DNA from: Octopus sinensis
Taxonomy: Eukaryota
Direction: 5' to 3'
Length of the DNA: 64,000 nt
Assembly: GCF_006345805.1 (NCBI RefSeq)
Contig: NC_043006.1
Span: forward strand, 67,084,001-67,148,000
In this document: piece after piece, positions 27,716 to 40,660 of the stretch
How the letters are laid out: the number at the start of each line of letters is the position of its first letter
Position numbering within the stretch: position 1 is the first letter of the stretch
Made by a program: the position numbers and the translations under genes
Notes under the pieces: model-generated
What the model was told of the DNA's origin: nothing
Databases searched by the model: none
What the model saw: the letters and a program-made list of their open reading frames with translations, nothing else

Positions 27716-27973
27716 GGAAGCACTCCGTCGGTTACGACGACGAGGGTTCCGGTTGATCCCTTTGAAATACAGGTACAACAGAAACAGGAAGTAAGAGTGA
27801 GAGAAAGTTGTGGTGAAAGAGTACAGCCGGGATCACCACCATCCCTGCCGGAGCCTCGTGGAGCTTTAGGTGTTTTCGCTCAATAAACACTCACAGCGCC
27901 CGGTCTGGGAATCGAAACCGCGATCCTACGACCGCGAGTCTGCTGCCCTAACCACTGGGCCATTGCGCCTCCA
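27716..27973 (-). mobile_element. SINE family C (internally deleted) within (GATA)n
   Basis: Matches 54999-55381. Confidence 0.85.
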
Positions 27974-27974
27974 C

Positions 27975-28047
<73 letters not shown>

Positions 28048-28266
28048 CAGATATGATTACATACATCCATAAACACAGGCATACACACACACATACACAC
28101 AAGAACAGTAATAAACGAGTGACGAACAAATATATGTGCGTGTGTTTAAGTTTATTTTCGACTTATTCTTTATTTGTCAGTTTGAATTTTTTCTTTTCAT
28201 CCCTCTGTTGCCAATGAATCCACACTCTACTGGTTTTGCTTTTAATTAACATTATAGGCTCATATA

Positions 28267-28478
28267 AGGCTGTGAGCTGGCAGAATCGTTAGCACACCGG
28301 GCAAAATTCTTTGCAGCATTTCGTCCGCTGTTACGTTCTGAGTTCAAATGCTACCGAGGTCAACTTTGCCTTTCATCCTTTCGGGATCGATAAAATAAGT
28401 ACCAGTTGAGCCCTGGAGTCTATGGAATCGACTTGCCCCCTAACTTGCACTTTTGTCAAAGTCTGAGATCCATATTAT
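28267..28478 (+). mobile_element. SINE family B monomer
   Basis: GAGCTGGCAGAATCGTTAGCAC...GAGTTCAAAT...AGTACCAG...TTTTGTCAAA. Confidence 0.8.
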
Positions 28479-28549
28479 GAGAATGTATTTGAAGCACCAC
28501 TTATACAGGCAAGCCTTAAGCCTCCACTCACTTCTATTAGTACCAGGCC

Positions 28550-28915
28550 TCCTTTAACTTTCGATCTTCAGTATCCTTAGCTGTTCATCTTCTTTCGCAT
28601 TTGATCGTCAGCATCCTTAACTTTTAATCTTTAACTTTTAATCTTTAACTTTTGATCTTTCGCTTTTGATCTTCTTTCGCTTTTGATCGTCAGAATTCTT
28701 AACTTTTGATCTTTAACTTTCGATCTTTAGCTTTTGATCTTTAGCTTTTGATCTTTAACTTTTGATCTTCAGCTTTTGATCTTCTTTCGCTTTTGATCGT
28801 CAGTATCCTTAACTTTTAATCTTTAACTATTGATCTTCTCTTTTGATCTTCAGTCTCTTTAGCTTTTGATCTTCTTTGCCCTTTGATATTTAGCTTTTGA
28901 TCTTTATTATCTTTT
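28550..28915. repeat. Minisatellite of ~13-17-bp TTTTGATCTTTA(A/G)C units
   Basis: Directly visible; includes a higher-order CTTCTTTCGCTTTTGATCGTCAG variant. Confidence 0.9.
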
Positions 28916-29769
28916 ACAACCGCCTTATTACCATCACAACCTCTCCCTTTCCAGTTTTGCCAGCTCAGACCAACATTGGAGATCACTTAAATGGAGGACA
29001 GCTTATATCTGGTATGATTCATCCCTTTATCTATCTGTCTGTATGCATATATCCCCTAACCTCTCTCGACATACATACTCCTTCTATACTGACTAGTGCA
29101 TAGCTACTCTACCACATCTTATTGTGTCCTTGTCCTTCATACTGTAGCATAATATTTCTATTCAACCTTCATTCTCTATTTAAAACTGGAACTGGAAACT
29201 TTCACATGTCCTTGCCATGGATTATCACCGAACATTCTCGTTTGTAACTTCTAGCGAACATTACCTATAATTGTATTATTTCTTTCATCATGGAACCACC
29301 AAACGCGTGCCTATCTTATTCTGATCCTTCCTTCATTTTTAATGAACTGGAATATACGAATAGCCGCGATTGGGGATATTCCCGCAGTTTTACATCTCTC
29401 TGGCTTCTCATTCCTTGATGACGGTGTACGCAGCTTTAAAAAATTGTTTCTCAATAGGGTGATACATATACTTGGATGATGCAGAAAGAGCCGTACATGA
29501 CTCTCTGTTTATATTTTCTATCTAAATCAAATGTTCATTTCAAGTGATGCCCAATGGATTTTTTGTTGTTGTTTGTTTATAATTTAATCTATGTCAATCT
29601 GCTCAAGGAAGAAACCCTTCTAGCCACCTCTGATAGGCAGCCACAACATCACACTTTCAGCTGAAGTCTAGGCCGTGGTTTTAATGACAAACTTATCTGA
29701 GCACTTGCTACTAACTATTAATTTGCGTCCATTGGCGTATATATATATATATTATATATTATATATATG

Positions 29770-30712
29770 AGATAGAAAGGATGGTTATTAATTCAACGTG
29801 GTTGAATATTCAAAGAAAGAAAAAATGAAAAAAATCATTTGTTCTACAAGACTAAAGAATCATCAAAGCAAAAGTATTATACAATATTATACAAAATAAG
29901 ACTTTTCTCTTCCAACATAATAACAGGTTTCGCTATTGCTTTTCAAAGTTTGAGTGTTGAATACAATTCGGAGTTAGAGATTTGGTTTGCTAGGAGGGAT
30001 AATTGGTAAACAAGGTATTTTTCAGTAAAGGGGAGGTTAATCTGAAATTTTTAATATTGATTTGTATTTCAGTCTGGCTTATATCGATATTATATCCAAT
30101 ACACGTGATAAATATTTACTCGTAAATATATTTCAATCTGGCTTATATTTTTCGATAAGCGAGGTCTCTTTATTTAGTCGCACTTGTGTTGAGGTCCAAT
30201 TAGCAAACAGATATAACAGGAAGATAAGGAATTGTGGTTGAAGTTGTTCTGCACATCTGTCAATATGTTCACTGAGATATACCTGGCCATATAGTGGAGA
30301 AGATATCTGTTGCCTGTGAGCATTACATCTTCGTCTGATAGATATTCTTGTAGAACCTGTGTAGGTTTTATAGCAGCCCGAGCATCTTATTACATAAAGG
30401 AGGTTTTCAGAGGCGCAAGTGAAGTTGGATTTAATTTGAATGTTTGCCCTTCCAGAAGATTGTTCCGCAGTTAGGTCGACCACATTGTTTTACTGTTGCA
30501 TCTGTTATTCTTTAGAATAATTTAGCATTCGTGAGTATCTTAAATGTATTTGGTTGTCTACTGCTTTTAATAGTATTGTGCGTATGTAAAATAGCCTTCA
30601 GCGTCGGGTCCTTATGGAGTATTGGGAGATTTGGGGCAAAGATGTTAAATGTTTCTTTGTTTCTAGGGTTGTATGTGAATACATAAGTTAGTGTTTTTAG
30701 AGTAGGTGTCTT
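29770..30712 (-). mobile_element. Penelope-like element 3' part (GIY-YIG endonuclease, 3' UTR, degenerate hammerhead), ending at (TA)n
   Basis: TYNPRN...SSRQPN and FTCASENLLYVIRCSGCYKTYTGST...RCNAHRQQI...RLNKETSLIEKYKP. TTGAAAAGCAATAGCGAAACCTGTT lies at ~29921-29947. Confidence 0.85.
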
Positions 30713-30715
30713 ATT

Positions 30716-30960
30716 GTATTCTTTTATTCTTTTACTTGTTTCAGTCTCTTGACTGCGGCCATGCTGGAATACCGCCTTTAGTCGGGCAAATCGACCCCAG
30801 GACTTATTCTTCGTAAGCCTAGTACTTATTCTATTGGTTCCTTTGCCCCGAACCGCTATGTTAAAGGGGACGTAAGCACACCCACATCGGTTGTCAAACG
30901 ATATTGGGGAGACAAACAAGATCCACAAGCATATACAACACATACATACATATATATATA
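30716..30960 (-). mobile_element. SINE family A, 3' half
   Basis: Family A tail sequence. Confidence 0.8.
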
Positions 30961-31214
30961 TGATGGTTTCCTTGTATGTTAACACTCTCCTGTTTTTCCA
31001 ATTTCTCTCCCCGTTGTTTGCGTATTTAATTCATTTTTTCATAGTTCTTGTTGTTTCTGTGTTGATGTCTCTGTACCCATGTATATATTATATATATATA
31101 TATATTATATATATTAATATATATATATATAATATATATATATATAGATATTATACATACATATATTATTTTTATTTTATTATATCTAATGAACGCCGCA
31201 CATCCATTTCCAAT

Positions 31215-31251
<37 letters not shown>

Positions 31252-31498
31252 CATAATATATTATTACCTTATATATATTTTATCCTCATGATCACATTGT
31301 TTGAATCTGATTACTAAAAAGGAATAGAGCATGTATTGAATTCTGTCTTCTCCGTTCTTCTCGACACAAATAATATTTGAAGAAGTCATACACATAGTCA
31401 CGCATGCTCATGAACACCATACGCGCGCGCAAACCACAGCCAAAATATATGTATATATATTATATAATATATATAGAGAGAGAGAGTGATAGCGAGAT

Positions 31499-31598
31499 NN
31501 NNNNNNNNNNNNNNNNNNNNNNNNNNNNNNNNNNNNNNNNNNNNNNNNNNNNNNNNNNNNNNNNNNNNNNNNNNNNNNNNNNNNNNNNNNNNNNNNNN
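31499..31598. other. Assembly gap (100 N)
   Basis: Run of N. Confidence 1.
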
Positions 31599-31700
31599 AC
31601 ACACACACACACACACATACATACATACATACATACATACATACAACATTACATACATACATACATACATACATACATTACATACATGCATACATACATT

Positions 31701-31738
<38 letters not shown>

Positions 31739-31740
<2 letters not shown>

Positions 31741-31975
31741 GGAGTAAACACATAAATGTGAAACAAGGTGGAAAAAAAGAGTACTCAAATACCAGTGGTA
31801 GAGTAATATGATTTATTTAAAGCAGCAGAAAATTCAACAAAACCTGTTACCCTGAGTTCCCGTTGCCGTTCATCGGACAGTTTTTTCTAGCAAAAACTGT
31901 CCGATGAACGGCAACGGGAAACTCAGAGAGCAGAGTAATAGGTTTTGTTGAATTTTCTGCTGCTTTAAATAAAGT
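31739..31975. mobile_element. Miniature inverted-pLTR Penelope-type insertion with two minimal hammerhead-like motifs, in (TA)n
   Basis: Palindrome 31812-31973 centred on CTAG (31887-31890). Each arm reads CTGT-CCGATGA-ACGGCAACGG-GAA(A)CTCAG..GTA-A(C/T)AG, with a one-sided 73-bp extension. Confidence 0.7.
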
Positions 31976-32011
31976 ATATATATATATAATATATATATAT
32001 ATATAACATAT

Positions 32012-32173
32012 ATACGATGGCTTCTTTCAGTTTCCGTCTACCAAATCCACTCACAATGCTTTAGTCGGCCCGAGGCTATATTAGAAGGTAATTGACCAAT
32101 GTGCCACGAAGTGGGAGTGAACCCGGAAACATTTGGTTGGTAAGCAAGCTATTACTACAGCTACTCCTACGCC
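32012..32173 (-). mobile_element. SINE family A, 5' half
   Basis: TTTCCGTCTACCAAATCCACTCACAA...GAACCCGGAA. Confidence 0.8.
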
Positions 32174-32319
32174 TGAATAAAGTTATATTATATTGCTTAA
32201 TGCAGTATTGCATCACTTTGAAAGTTATGGACATTATTCCGCATATATGGATACACGTATGAATATACAATGTAGGCGTATATGTATGGATATATAATAT
32301 ATATATATATAGTAGGTAT

Positions 32320-32353
<34 letters not shown>

Positions 32354-32652
32354 ATATATATATATATATACCTATATTGTAACACCTATATATATATATA
32401 TACACCTATATATATATATGTTTAAGGTTTTTGTATGTATATGTGCTCGTCAAAATAGTCGGTAGAGTATACCACCCGATGAGCTAGCTGGCGTATAACA
32501 ATACAAATATACATAATGTTGCCTAATAAATTATGTAATGGACTCAATATTTGAATTCAACCACGCTGTTGAAACCCATGTAGTGTTCATTCAAACTAGA
32601 CATTCATTTCTGCTTATTATTTATACGTAATAACTATACGTATACATACATA

Positions 32653-32696
<44 letters not shown>

Positions 32697-32773
32697 TATG
32701 TGTGTGTACTGAGACAGACAGACAAAGATGAATATACTTGTGTTTGTATATATATATGTGCATATATATATAT

Positions 32774-32823
<50 letters not shown>

Positions 32824-32883
32824 ATTATATATATATATATAAATTGATCAAAATAAAAATAAAAACATGATGCGAGGATTCAG

Positions 32884-32958
32884 CGGTACATATGTTTCGG
32901 GCTTTATTAGACAGATTATAACAATGCATAATGTATGTCTGTGGCCTTCTTCAGCCGC
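32884..32958 (-). ncRNA. Minimal type-I hammerhead ribozyme (inverted copy)
   Basis: Reverse complement of 39176-39253. Confidence 0.8.
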
Positions 32959-34953
32959 GCACAACAGCTTCCACAAGGACATGTGTTACATCAAAAATTC
33001 TGGTTGGGGATGCAAATCCTCTCATTCACGTACGACATAATGCGGCAGCAGCATAGAGTTGAAGCGTCCATCTCTTTCTTCTCTCAATGTAGAATGAGGA
33101 AAATTGGATGTTGAGGTAATGTAAATAAATAAATACATATATAGAGTGAAAATGGAGGGGCGAGAGTTCGGGACGAGGGATAAAAAATGTATAAAAAGTG
33201 TAAGTATAGAATAATATAAAAAGTAGAGGATAAAGGGTTGTAAGGAGATGTAGGGGGGTATAAAGAAATATAAAGTAAAAATAGAAATAGAAATAAAAGT
33301 AAAAAAACCTGATAAAAACATGATAAAAGTGTAAAAGAATGTAAAGATAAGGGATGTATAGAGGTTATGGACCAAGCATGGTGGTCAGGAGATTGATAAA
33401 TTTAGTTGTAGAATTGTCAGTACATCAACAGTTTCGTCTGGGGACTTAATGCGTTGTAAATCAGAGCTGATGAGCATTTAATCTGGTTCCTTGAATTAAA
33501 TGGACTTCTAGTACATACATATCATCATGGATATATACATCCACATACACGCGTACATATACGCCTCCAAGCCTATAAGCATACACACGCACTCGCGTGT
33601 AAACACGTACATAAACACACACGCACCCACACGCACGCGCGTACACCACACATACATACAACAGAATATCCGCATATATACACGGACATTACGCGCGTAC
33701 ACGCTCACATGTATATACGCGCGCCCATCACTACATACACAACGTATATGCCCACGCCTCTAGGTCCAGGTATAAGATATTAAAGGATGTTATAAGAACG
33801 TATGTAAGAATCCCGTACTCATGTCAATACGCGCACGCACACACGGCTGTGGTCCGTATGTGCGTGCACATATACACTCATATACACACACACAGACACA
33901 CGCGCACTGGGTATAGCTATAAGATATCGAAGTATGCATGTACATATATGCGCGTGCATATGTATGTATGCGTATACACACGTACGCGGACGCTCGTATA
34001 TTCAAAAGGTGGATCACAGGTAAGTAAATAAACATATATAGAGGTGTAAAGCGATAAGTTAGGGGTAAGAATGAGGGTAAGGGTAGAGATTAGAAATAAA
34101 AAATACAGTATAAAATAAGAAATACAATGTAATAGTTAGAATGAAGTATAAGAATTATAAAAATATAAGAGAGTAAGGTAAGGGAAAATGAAAATGAGAT
34201 AAATGGAAGTAGAATAAAGGTAAAAATAAAATTAAAAATAAAAATAAAAATAAATGGAAGTAGGATAAAAGTAAAAATAAAAGTAAAAATAAAAATAAAA
34301 TAAAATAAGATAAAATATAATTTTGTAAAGTTTAACATGAGATGAAGGTGGTTGAAAGTTAGAGGTGTGTGTTAAACGTAGGGGCGGGCGGGTGGAACTG
34401 AAAATGGAAGGGTGGGAAGTGGAGTTTGGCGGTGTGCGTTCAACATCTGAGTTAGAAATGTGAAAGGGTATAGATATAGGGGATTAAAGAGACTACATAG
34501 GGAGGATATGGGTGTAGGAGAAGAAATATTTAGGGAAAAGAAGTCATATATGGGAGACAAAATTTGTTATATAGGGGGAAAATGCAGGGAACCCTATATG
34601 CACGTACACACACCCACACACACACACACACACGCCACATGAATATATGTATATGTACACATACGTACACGTATGTGCACATACATACGCACACACACAC
34701 CACACATACACATATACCGCACATATAGGAAAGCGGGATGTGCTGGAGCCGAAGGTGCACCGGGTGGGAGGAAATTGCATGGGGGAGTTGGTATAAGACC
34801 TAAGCATTGTAGTATTTGAAAGTATTAATAAGTTTATGTATACAGGATGGTTTGAACTCTGACCTTTTGTTAATAAGATTGTGTTTGTCTTTGAATTTCA
34901 AGATGTTAAGGAGTTCTACACAGCATAGTTGGCATCCTGCTCTATTATTTAAA

Positions 34954-37342
34954 AGAATCAGGTGGGCGGCCTACCATTCGATACCGGAGAGGAGAAAAGC
35001 AACCCCAACTCTAACCAAGAAGAAAAATAGCACACAGGAAGATATTAAAAGCAGAAGAAACCACCTCTAAATACGCACTGGAAATTTTGAAAAAGACTTA
35101 ATCGACCTCATTACCAACATCAACATTAGTAAACATAAGACCATTTCCAACACCCACTTAAGGAGCCTTAAAGATTTCCTGCTTTCACTTAGGAACCGAT
35201 AGTCTTATCATACCCGCCGACAAGACTGGGAACTGGTATAGGCTAGACTACCAAACCTACAAATCGCTCATCATGAGGGAACTTAGCAAAAAGTATAAAA
35301 CTACTTCTACGGATAACCTTAAGGAAATAACTACAAATCAAGGAAGTTATGAGCAAATTAGACCTCCTGGACAGAACAGAACCTATTAAACCACAAGTAC
35401 CCAAAATTACTATTAAAGACCATAAGAAAGACTTCCCAGATAGTGTAGGAGTACGATTAATCTGTCCGACTAAATCGGATATCGGCAGACTTAGCAAGAC
35501 CATCCTGGACAGGGTGATCCCACACATCAACCCCACATCCCACTCCAACTATGGATTAACACCAACGATGTGCTAGAATGGTTTAACACTATCACCAATA
35601 GGCACGACTACTCATTCATCCAATTCGACATAGCTAGCTACTACGCCAGTATATCCCCCATCTTACTTAACAAATCCCTTATTTTTGCCCGCAACCTTTC
35701 ACTCATAGACAGAGAAAAAATTGACATAATTCTATTAGATAGAAAACATAATAGAATTCGACGGTAGACTCTGGACCAGATCCGATACCCCCGACAATTT
35801 CAATGTGGCTATGGGCTCGAGCGATTCAGCTCAGGTGACTGACTTGGTCGGGGCCTACCTGCTCAAGAAGCTTTTCTCCGAGGTACCGGATCTTCAGGGG
35901 GGTCTATACAGAGACGACGCTCTCTCATATACCCCACCAACAATAGGAGTAAACTAGAAAGAATTAGGAAAAAGATCAGGCTTTTTTTCAAAGCTTCAAT
36001 CTTAAACTAGAATTTATGACCAATACTAAAATAGTAAACTTCTTAGATGTTACGTTAGATTTGAATAAGCACCTTCACTACCCGTATAGGAAACCAGAAG
36101 AAACTACCAAATACATCCATACCTCTTCCACCATCCACCCTGTATAATTAGCACCACGGTCCAAGCCATCTCAGACAGACTGACAAAACTATCCTCTAAT
36201 AGAGAAATTTTCAATAATCATGCACAACACTACAACCAGGCTCTCTATAGTGCCGGGTATAACCAGAGAATATCATATGTAGACCACCCGGGAGCGTTCG
36301 TCGGCCATAAGACTCCCAATTATAATCGAACTCAGCACTCAACTCACACTAGCGATAATTCTAATTTAAACTCCAAACAACGTATAGGAAATAGGCGAAC
36401 TAATAGAACAGCACACAATAGTAACCCTCCCGACGAGAGCAATATAGATCCTATTAGGAGAAATAGAAGGGATAATAGTAGATTACGCAAATATATATGG
36501 TTCAACATACCTTTCAACTTAGCAGTTAGGGGTAAGTTATGTAAGAGAATATTCTCTATAATTTCCAACAACTTCCACCCACCCACAAGTATAGAAGTAT
36601 CTTCTCCAACAAAACTATTAGGATTTCCTACTCTACCCTGCCCAACATGAGCTGCCTCATAGCTAAACATAACTATATTAATATTAGAACAGCTAGATCA
36701 AGAGCAAACCATAGCGACCAACAGAACCCCCCTCATCCAGACAGTAGACAATATAACCAGACTGGCAGCCATACTACCCAAACAGTTAGTAATAACACCC
36801 GCCAACACAACAGAGGAAATACTACACCATCAACAACCAGGAGGATACCAACGCCCCCACTCGTATTGCAACACCTCCGCCTGGGATTAGCAGCACACGA
36901 CGACAATGCAATGCAATGCAACTGCAGATGTGCATCAGAGTGCCCGCTGCAGGGCGCATGTAGGGCGAAAAACGTAATATACTCATGTGAGGTGAGTACT
37001 CAGTTTAACACACTCACCTATATTGGTTGCTCAACCTCCTGGAAATCCAGATACTACAACCACCGGTCCTCGCTGAGACACAGACCTAAGGCTAACAGCA
37101 CCTCCCTCTCTAAAAGAATTTGGGAATTAAAAGACAAATGCATAGGCTTCAAACTCAGATGGTCCATCATCGGATCAGCTGCACCTTATTTAAATAATAG
37201 AGCAGGATGCCAACTATGCTGTGTAGAACTCCTTAACATCTTGAAATTCAAAGACAAACACAATCTTATTAACAAAAGGTCAGAGTTCAAACCATCCTGT
37301 ATACATAAACTTATTAATACTTTCAAATACTACAATGCTTAG
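34954..37342 (+). pseudogene. Penelope RT-GIY-YIG polyprotein, frameshifted and 5'-truncated
   Basis: KRIRWAAY, FEKDLIDLI, PADKTGN, KDHKKDF...RLICPTKSDIGRLSK, QFDIASYYASI, MGSSDSAQVTDLVG, YRDD (35907-35918), FLDVTLDL, CNCR...CPLQGAC, NVIYSCEV...YIGC...KSRYYNH, CQLCCVE, LINKRSE...CIH. Confidence 0.95.
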
Positions 37343-39175
37343 GTCTTATACCAACTCCCCCATGCAATTTCCTCCCACCCGGTGCAACCTGTCGGCTCCA
37401 GCACATCCCGCTTTCCTATATGTGCGTGTATATGTGTATGTGTGTGCGTATGTATGTGCACATACGTGTACGTATGTGTACATACATATATATGTACATG
37501 TGTGTGTGTGGGTGTGGGTGTGTGTACGTGCATATAGGGTTCCCTGCATTTTCCCCTATATATACAAATTTTGTCTCCCATATATGACTTCTTTTCCCTA
37601 AATATTTCTTTTCCTACACCCATATCCTCCCTATGTAGTCTCTTTAATCCCCTATATCTATACCCTTTCACATTTCTAACTCAGATGTTGAACGCACACC
37701 GAAACTCCACTTCCCACCCTTCCAATTTTCAGTTCCACCCGCCCGCCCCTACGTTTAACACACACCTCTAACTTTAACCACCTTCATCTTGTTAAACTTT
37801 ACAAAATTATATTTTTATCTTATTTTATTTTATTTTATTTTTACTTTTATTTTTACTTTTATCCTACTTCCATTTATTTTTATTTTTATTTTTAATTTTA
37901 TTTTTACCTTATTCTACTTCCATTTATTCTCATTTTCATTTTCATCCTTACCTTAACTCTTATAATTTTTATAATTCTTATACTTCATTTCTAAACTATT
38001 ACATTGTATTTCTTATTTTATACTGTATTTTTTATTTCTAATCTCTACCCTTACCCTCATTCTTACCCCTAACTTATCGCTTTACACCTCTATATATGTT
38101 ATTTACTTACCTGTGGATCCAACTTTTGAATATACGAGCGTCCGCGTACGTGTGTATACGCATACATACATATGCACGCGCATATATGTACATGCATACT
38201 TCGATATCTTATAGCTATACCCATGTGCGCGTGTGTCTGTGTGTGTGTATATGAGTGTATATGTGCACGCACATACGGACACACAGCCGTGTGTGCGTGC
38301 GCGTATTGACATGAGTACGGGATTCTTTACATACGTTCTTATACACATCCTTTAATATTTATACCTGGACCTAGAGGCGTGGGCATATACGTGTGTGTAT
38401 GTAGTGATGGGCGCGCGTATATACATGTGAGCGTGTACGCGCGTAATGTCCGTGTATATATGCGGATATTCTGTTGTTGTATGTATGTGTGTGTACGCGC
38501 GTGCGTGTGGGTGCGTGTGTGTTTATGTACGTGTTTACACGCGAGTGCGTGTGTATGCTTATAGGCTTGGAGGCGTATATGTACGCGTGTATGTGGATGT
38601 ATATATCCATGATGATATGTATGTACTAGAAGTCCATTTAATTCAAGGAACCAGATTAAATGCTCATCAGCTCTGATTTACAACGCATTAAGTCCCCAGA
38701 CGAAACTGTTGATGTACTGACAATTCTACAACTAAATTTATATCAATCTCCTGACCACCATGCTTGGTCCATAACCTCTATACATCCCTTATCTTTACAT
38801 TCTTTTAACTTTTATCATGTTTTTATCAGGTTTTTTTACTTTTTTTCTATTTCTATTTTTACTTTATATTTCTTTATACCCCCCTTACATCTCCTTACAA
38901 CCCTTTATCCTCTACATTTTATATTATTCTATACTTACACTTTTTATACATTTTTTATCCCGTCCCGAACTCTCGCCCCTCCATCTTCACCTCTATATAT
39001 GTATTTATTTATTTACATTACCTCAACATCCAATTTTCCTCATTCTACATTGAGAGAAGAAAGAGATGGACGCTTCAACTCTATGCTGCTGCCGCATTAT
39101 GTCGTACGTGAATGAGAGGATTTGCATCCCCCCAAGTTTTTGATGTAACACATGTCCTTGTGGAAGCTGTTGTGC

Positions 39176-39253
39176 GCGGCTGAAGAAGGCCACAGACATA
39201 CATTATGCATTGTTATAAATCTGTCTAATAAAGGCCCGAAACATATGTACCGC
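39176..39253 (+). ncRNA. Minimal type-I hammerhead ribozyme with enlarged stem II
   Basis: Stem I GCGG/CCGC; CUGAAGA 39180-39186; stem II GGCC...GGCC with ~40-nt insert; GAAA 39238-39241; palindromic stem III ACAUAUGU; GUA cleavage after 39249. Confidence 0.8.
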
Positions 39254-39362
39254 TGAATCCTTCCCATCATGTTTTTATTTTATTTTGATCAATTTACTCC
39301 ACCACCACTACACCACCAAACGGTATACACAGGTGCTTATAATTATCAAGTACTCACCCCGA

Positions 39363-39402
<40 letters not shown>

Positions 39403-39765
39403 ATAATCGCAGCCAGTAACAAACACCACCCACCCCAACATCACTACTACCAACACTACCACCGCCTTGACCACTACCCGACGTTAACACCATCAACTCC
39501 ACCACCCTCGAACATGAAACACAAGTCCCCTCTCTCTTCTCCTCCATCGCTGGGGTGTCCACGTCCCCGTAACTCACAAGGGATGTTGTTATTGTTATTG
39601 TGGTTGAGGTGTTTCCGACTTATGTGGGTGATGGTGGTGATGGTGCTGTTGACAATGTTGTTTTTTCGTGTTGTGCTTATCTTTCCATCTGACAGAATAA
39701 CTTTAAAAAATAACAAAATAAGTACTGTAGTCGCTACATTCATCTAAAAATACGGTGCTCCAGCT

Positions 39766-40075
39766 TAGGCGCGTGGCTGTGTGGTAATAAGCTTGCTTTC
39801 CAACTACATTGTCCGGAGTTCAGTCCCACTGCGTTGCACCTTGGCCAAGTGTTTTCTATTATAGCCTCGGGACCGAACAAAATTGTCAGAAACTGAAAGA
39901 AAACCGTCCTGAATATTTGTGTCTGTGTCTGTGTGTGTGTATGTGTGTATGTGTGTGTATGTGGGTGTATGTGTGTGTATGCTTGACAACTGGTGTTGAT
40001 GCGTTTACTTCCTTGTAACTTACTGGTTCGGCATAACAGAGCGATACAGTAAGTAGCAGGCTTTGAAAAACTACG
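39766..40075 (+). mobile_element. SINE family A
   Basis: GTGGCTGTGTGGTAA...GAGTTCAGTCCCACTGCG...TTGGCCAAGTG, with internal (TG)n. Confidence 0.8.
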
Positions 40076-40129
40076 TACCTGAGGTCATCAGACCGCGGCC
40101 GTGCCGGACATTTCTTTGCAGGTATATTC

Positions 40130-40354
40130 GTTTTTCTTTTACTTCTTTCAGTCATTTGACTGCAGCAATGCTGGAGCACCGACTTCAGTCGAGCAAATCG
40201 ACCCCAGGACTTATTCTTTGTAAGCCTAGTACTATTCTATCGGTCTATTTTGCCGAACCGCTGAGTTACCGGGAGGTAAATATACCTGCATCGGTTGTCA
40301 AGCGATGTTGGGCGTACGAACACAGACACACAAACATATACACACAGACACACA

Positions 40355-40395
<41 letters not shown>

Positions 40396-40550
40396 TTTTT
40401 ATATATATATATACGACGGGGTTCTTGCAGTTTCCGTCTACCAAATCCACTCACAAGGCTTTGGTTGGCCCGAAGCTCTAGTAGAAAACACTTGCCCAAG
40501 GTGCCGCGCAGTGGGACTGAACCCGGAACCATGTGGTTGGTAAGCAAGCT
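40130..40550 (-). mobile_element. SINE family A
   Basis: Both halves present; tail-to-tail with the previous copy. Confidence 0.85.
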
Positions 40551-40584
40551 ATATATATATATATATAACTTTATAAGTGATGCG

Positions 40585-40660
<76 letters not shown>

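Larger units (their letters stand above)
32840..39367 (+). mobile_element. Penelope-like element, 5'-truncated, with 2.1-kb inverted pLTRs, inserted in (TA)n
   Basis: 32840-34953 is the reverse complement of 37189-39296. The ORF region lies between the arms, a 71-bp extension follows (39297-39367), and TA tracts flank both sides. Confidence 0.95.

Noticed and set aside
27716-27973. SINE C as a GATA-specific element
   Set aside because: The other two copies are not in GATA, and one has an ordinary 12-bp TSD.
30716-32173. One SINE A spanning 30716-32173
   Set aside because: The halves are separated by the N gap, so contiguity is unproven.
38665-38722. Second hammerhead in the pLTR (CTGATTTA...CGAAAC...GTA)
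   Set aside because: The core is not CUGANGA and stems II/III do not pair convincingly.
32840-39296. DNA transposon, Polinton or DIRS with long TIRs
   Set aside because: The inverted arm contains the end of the GIY-YIG ORF, the RT is Penelope-type, and no transposase, integrase or recombinase is present.
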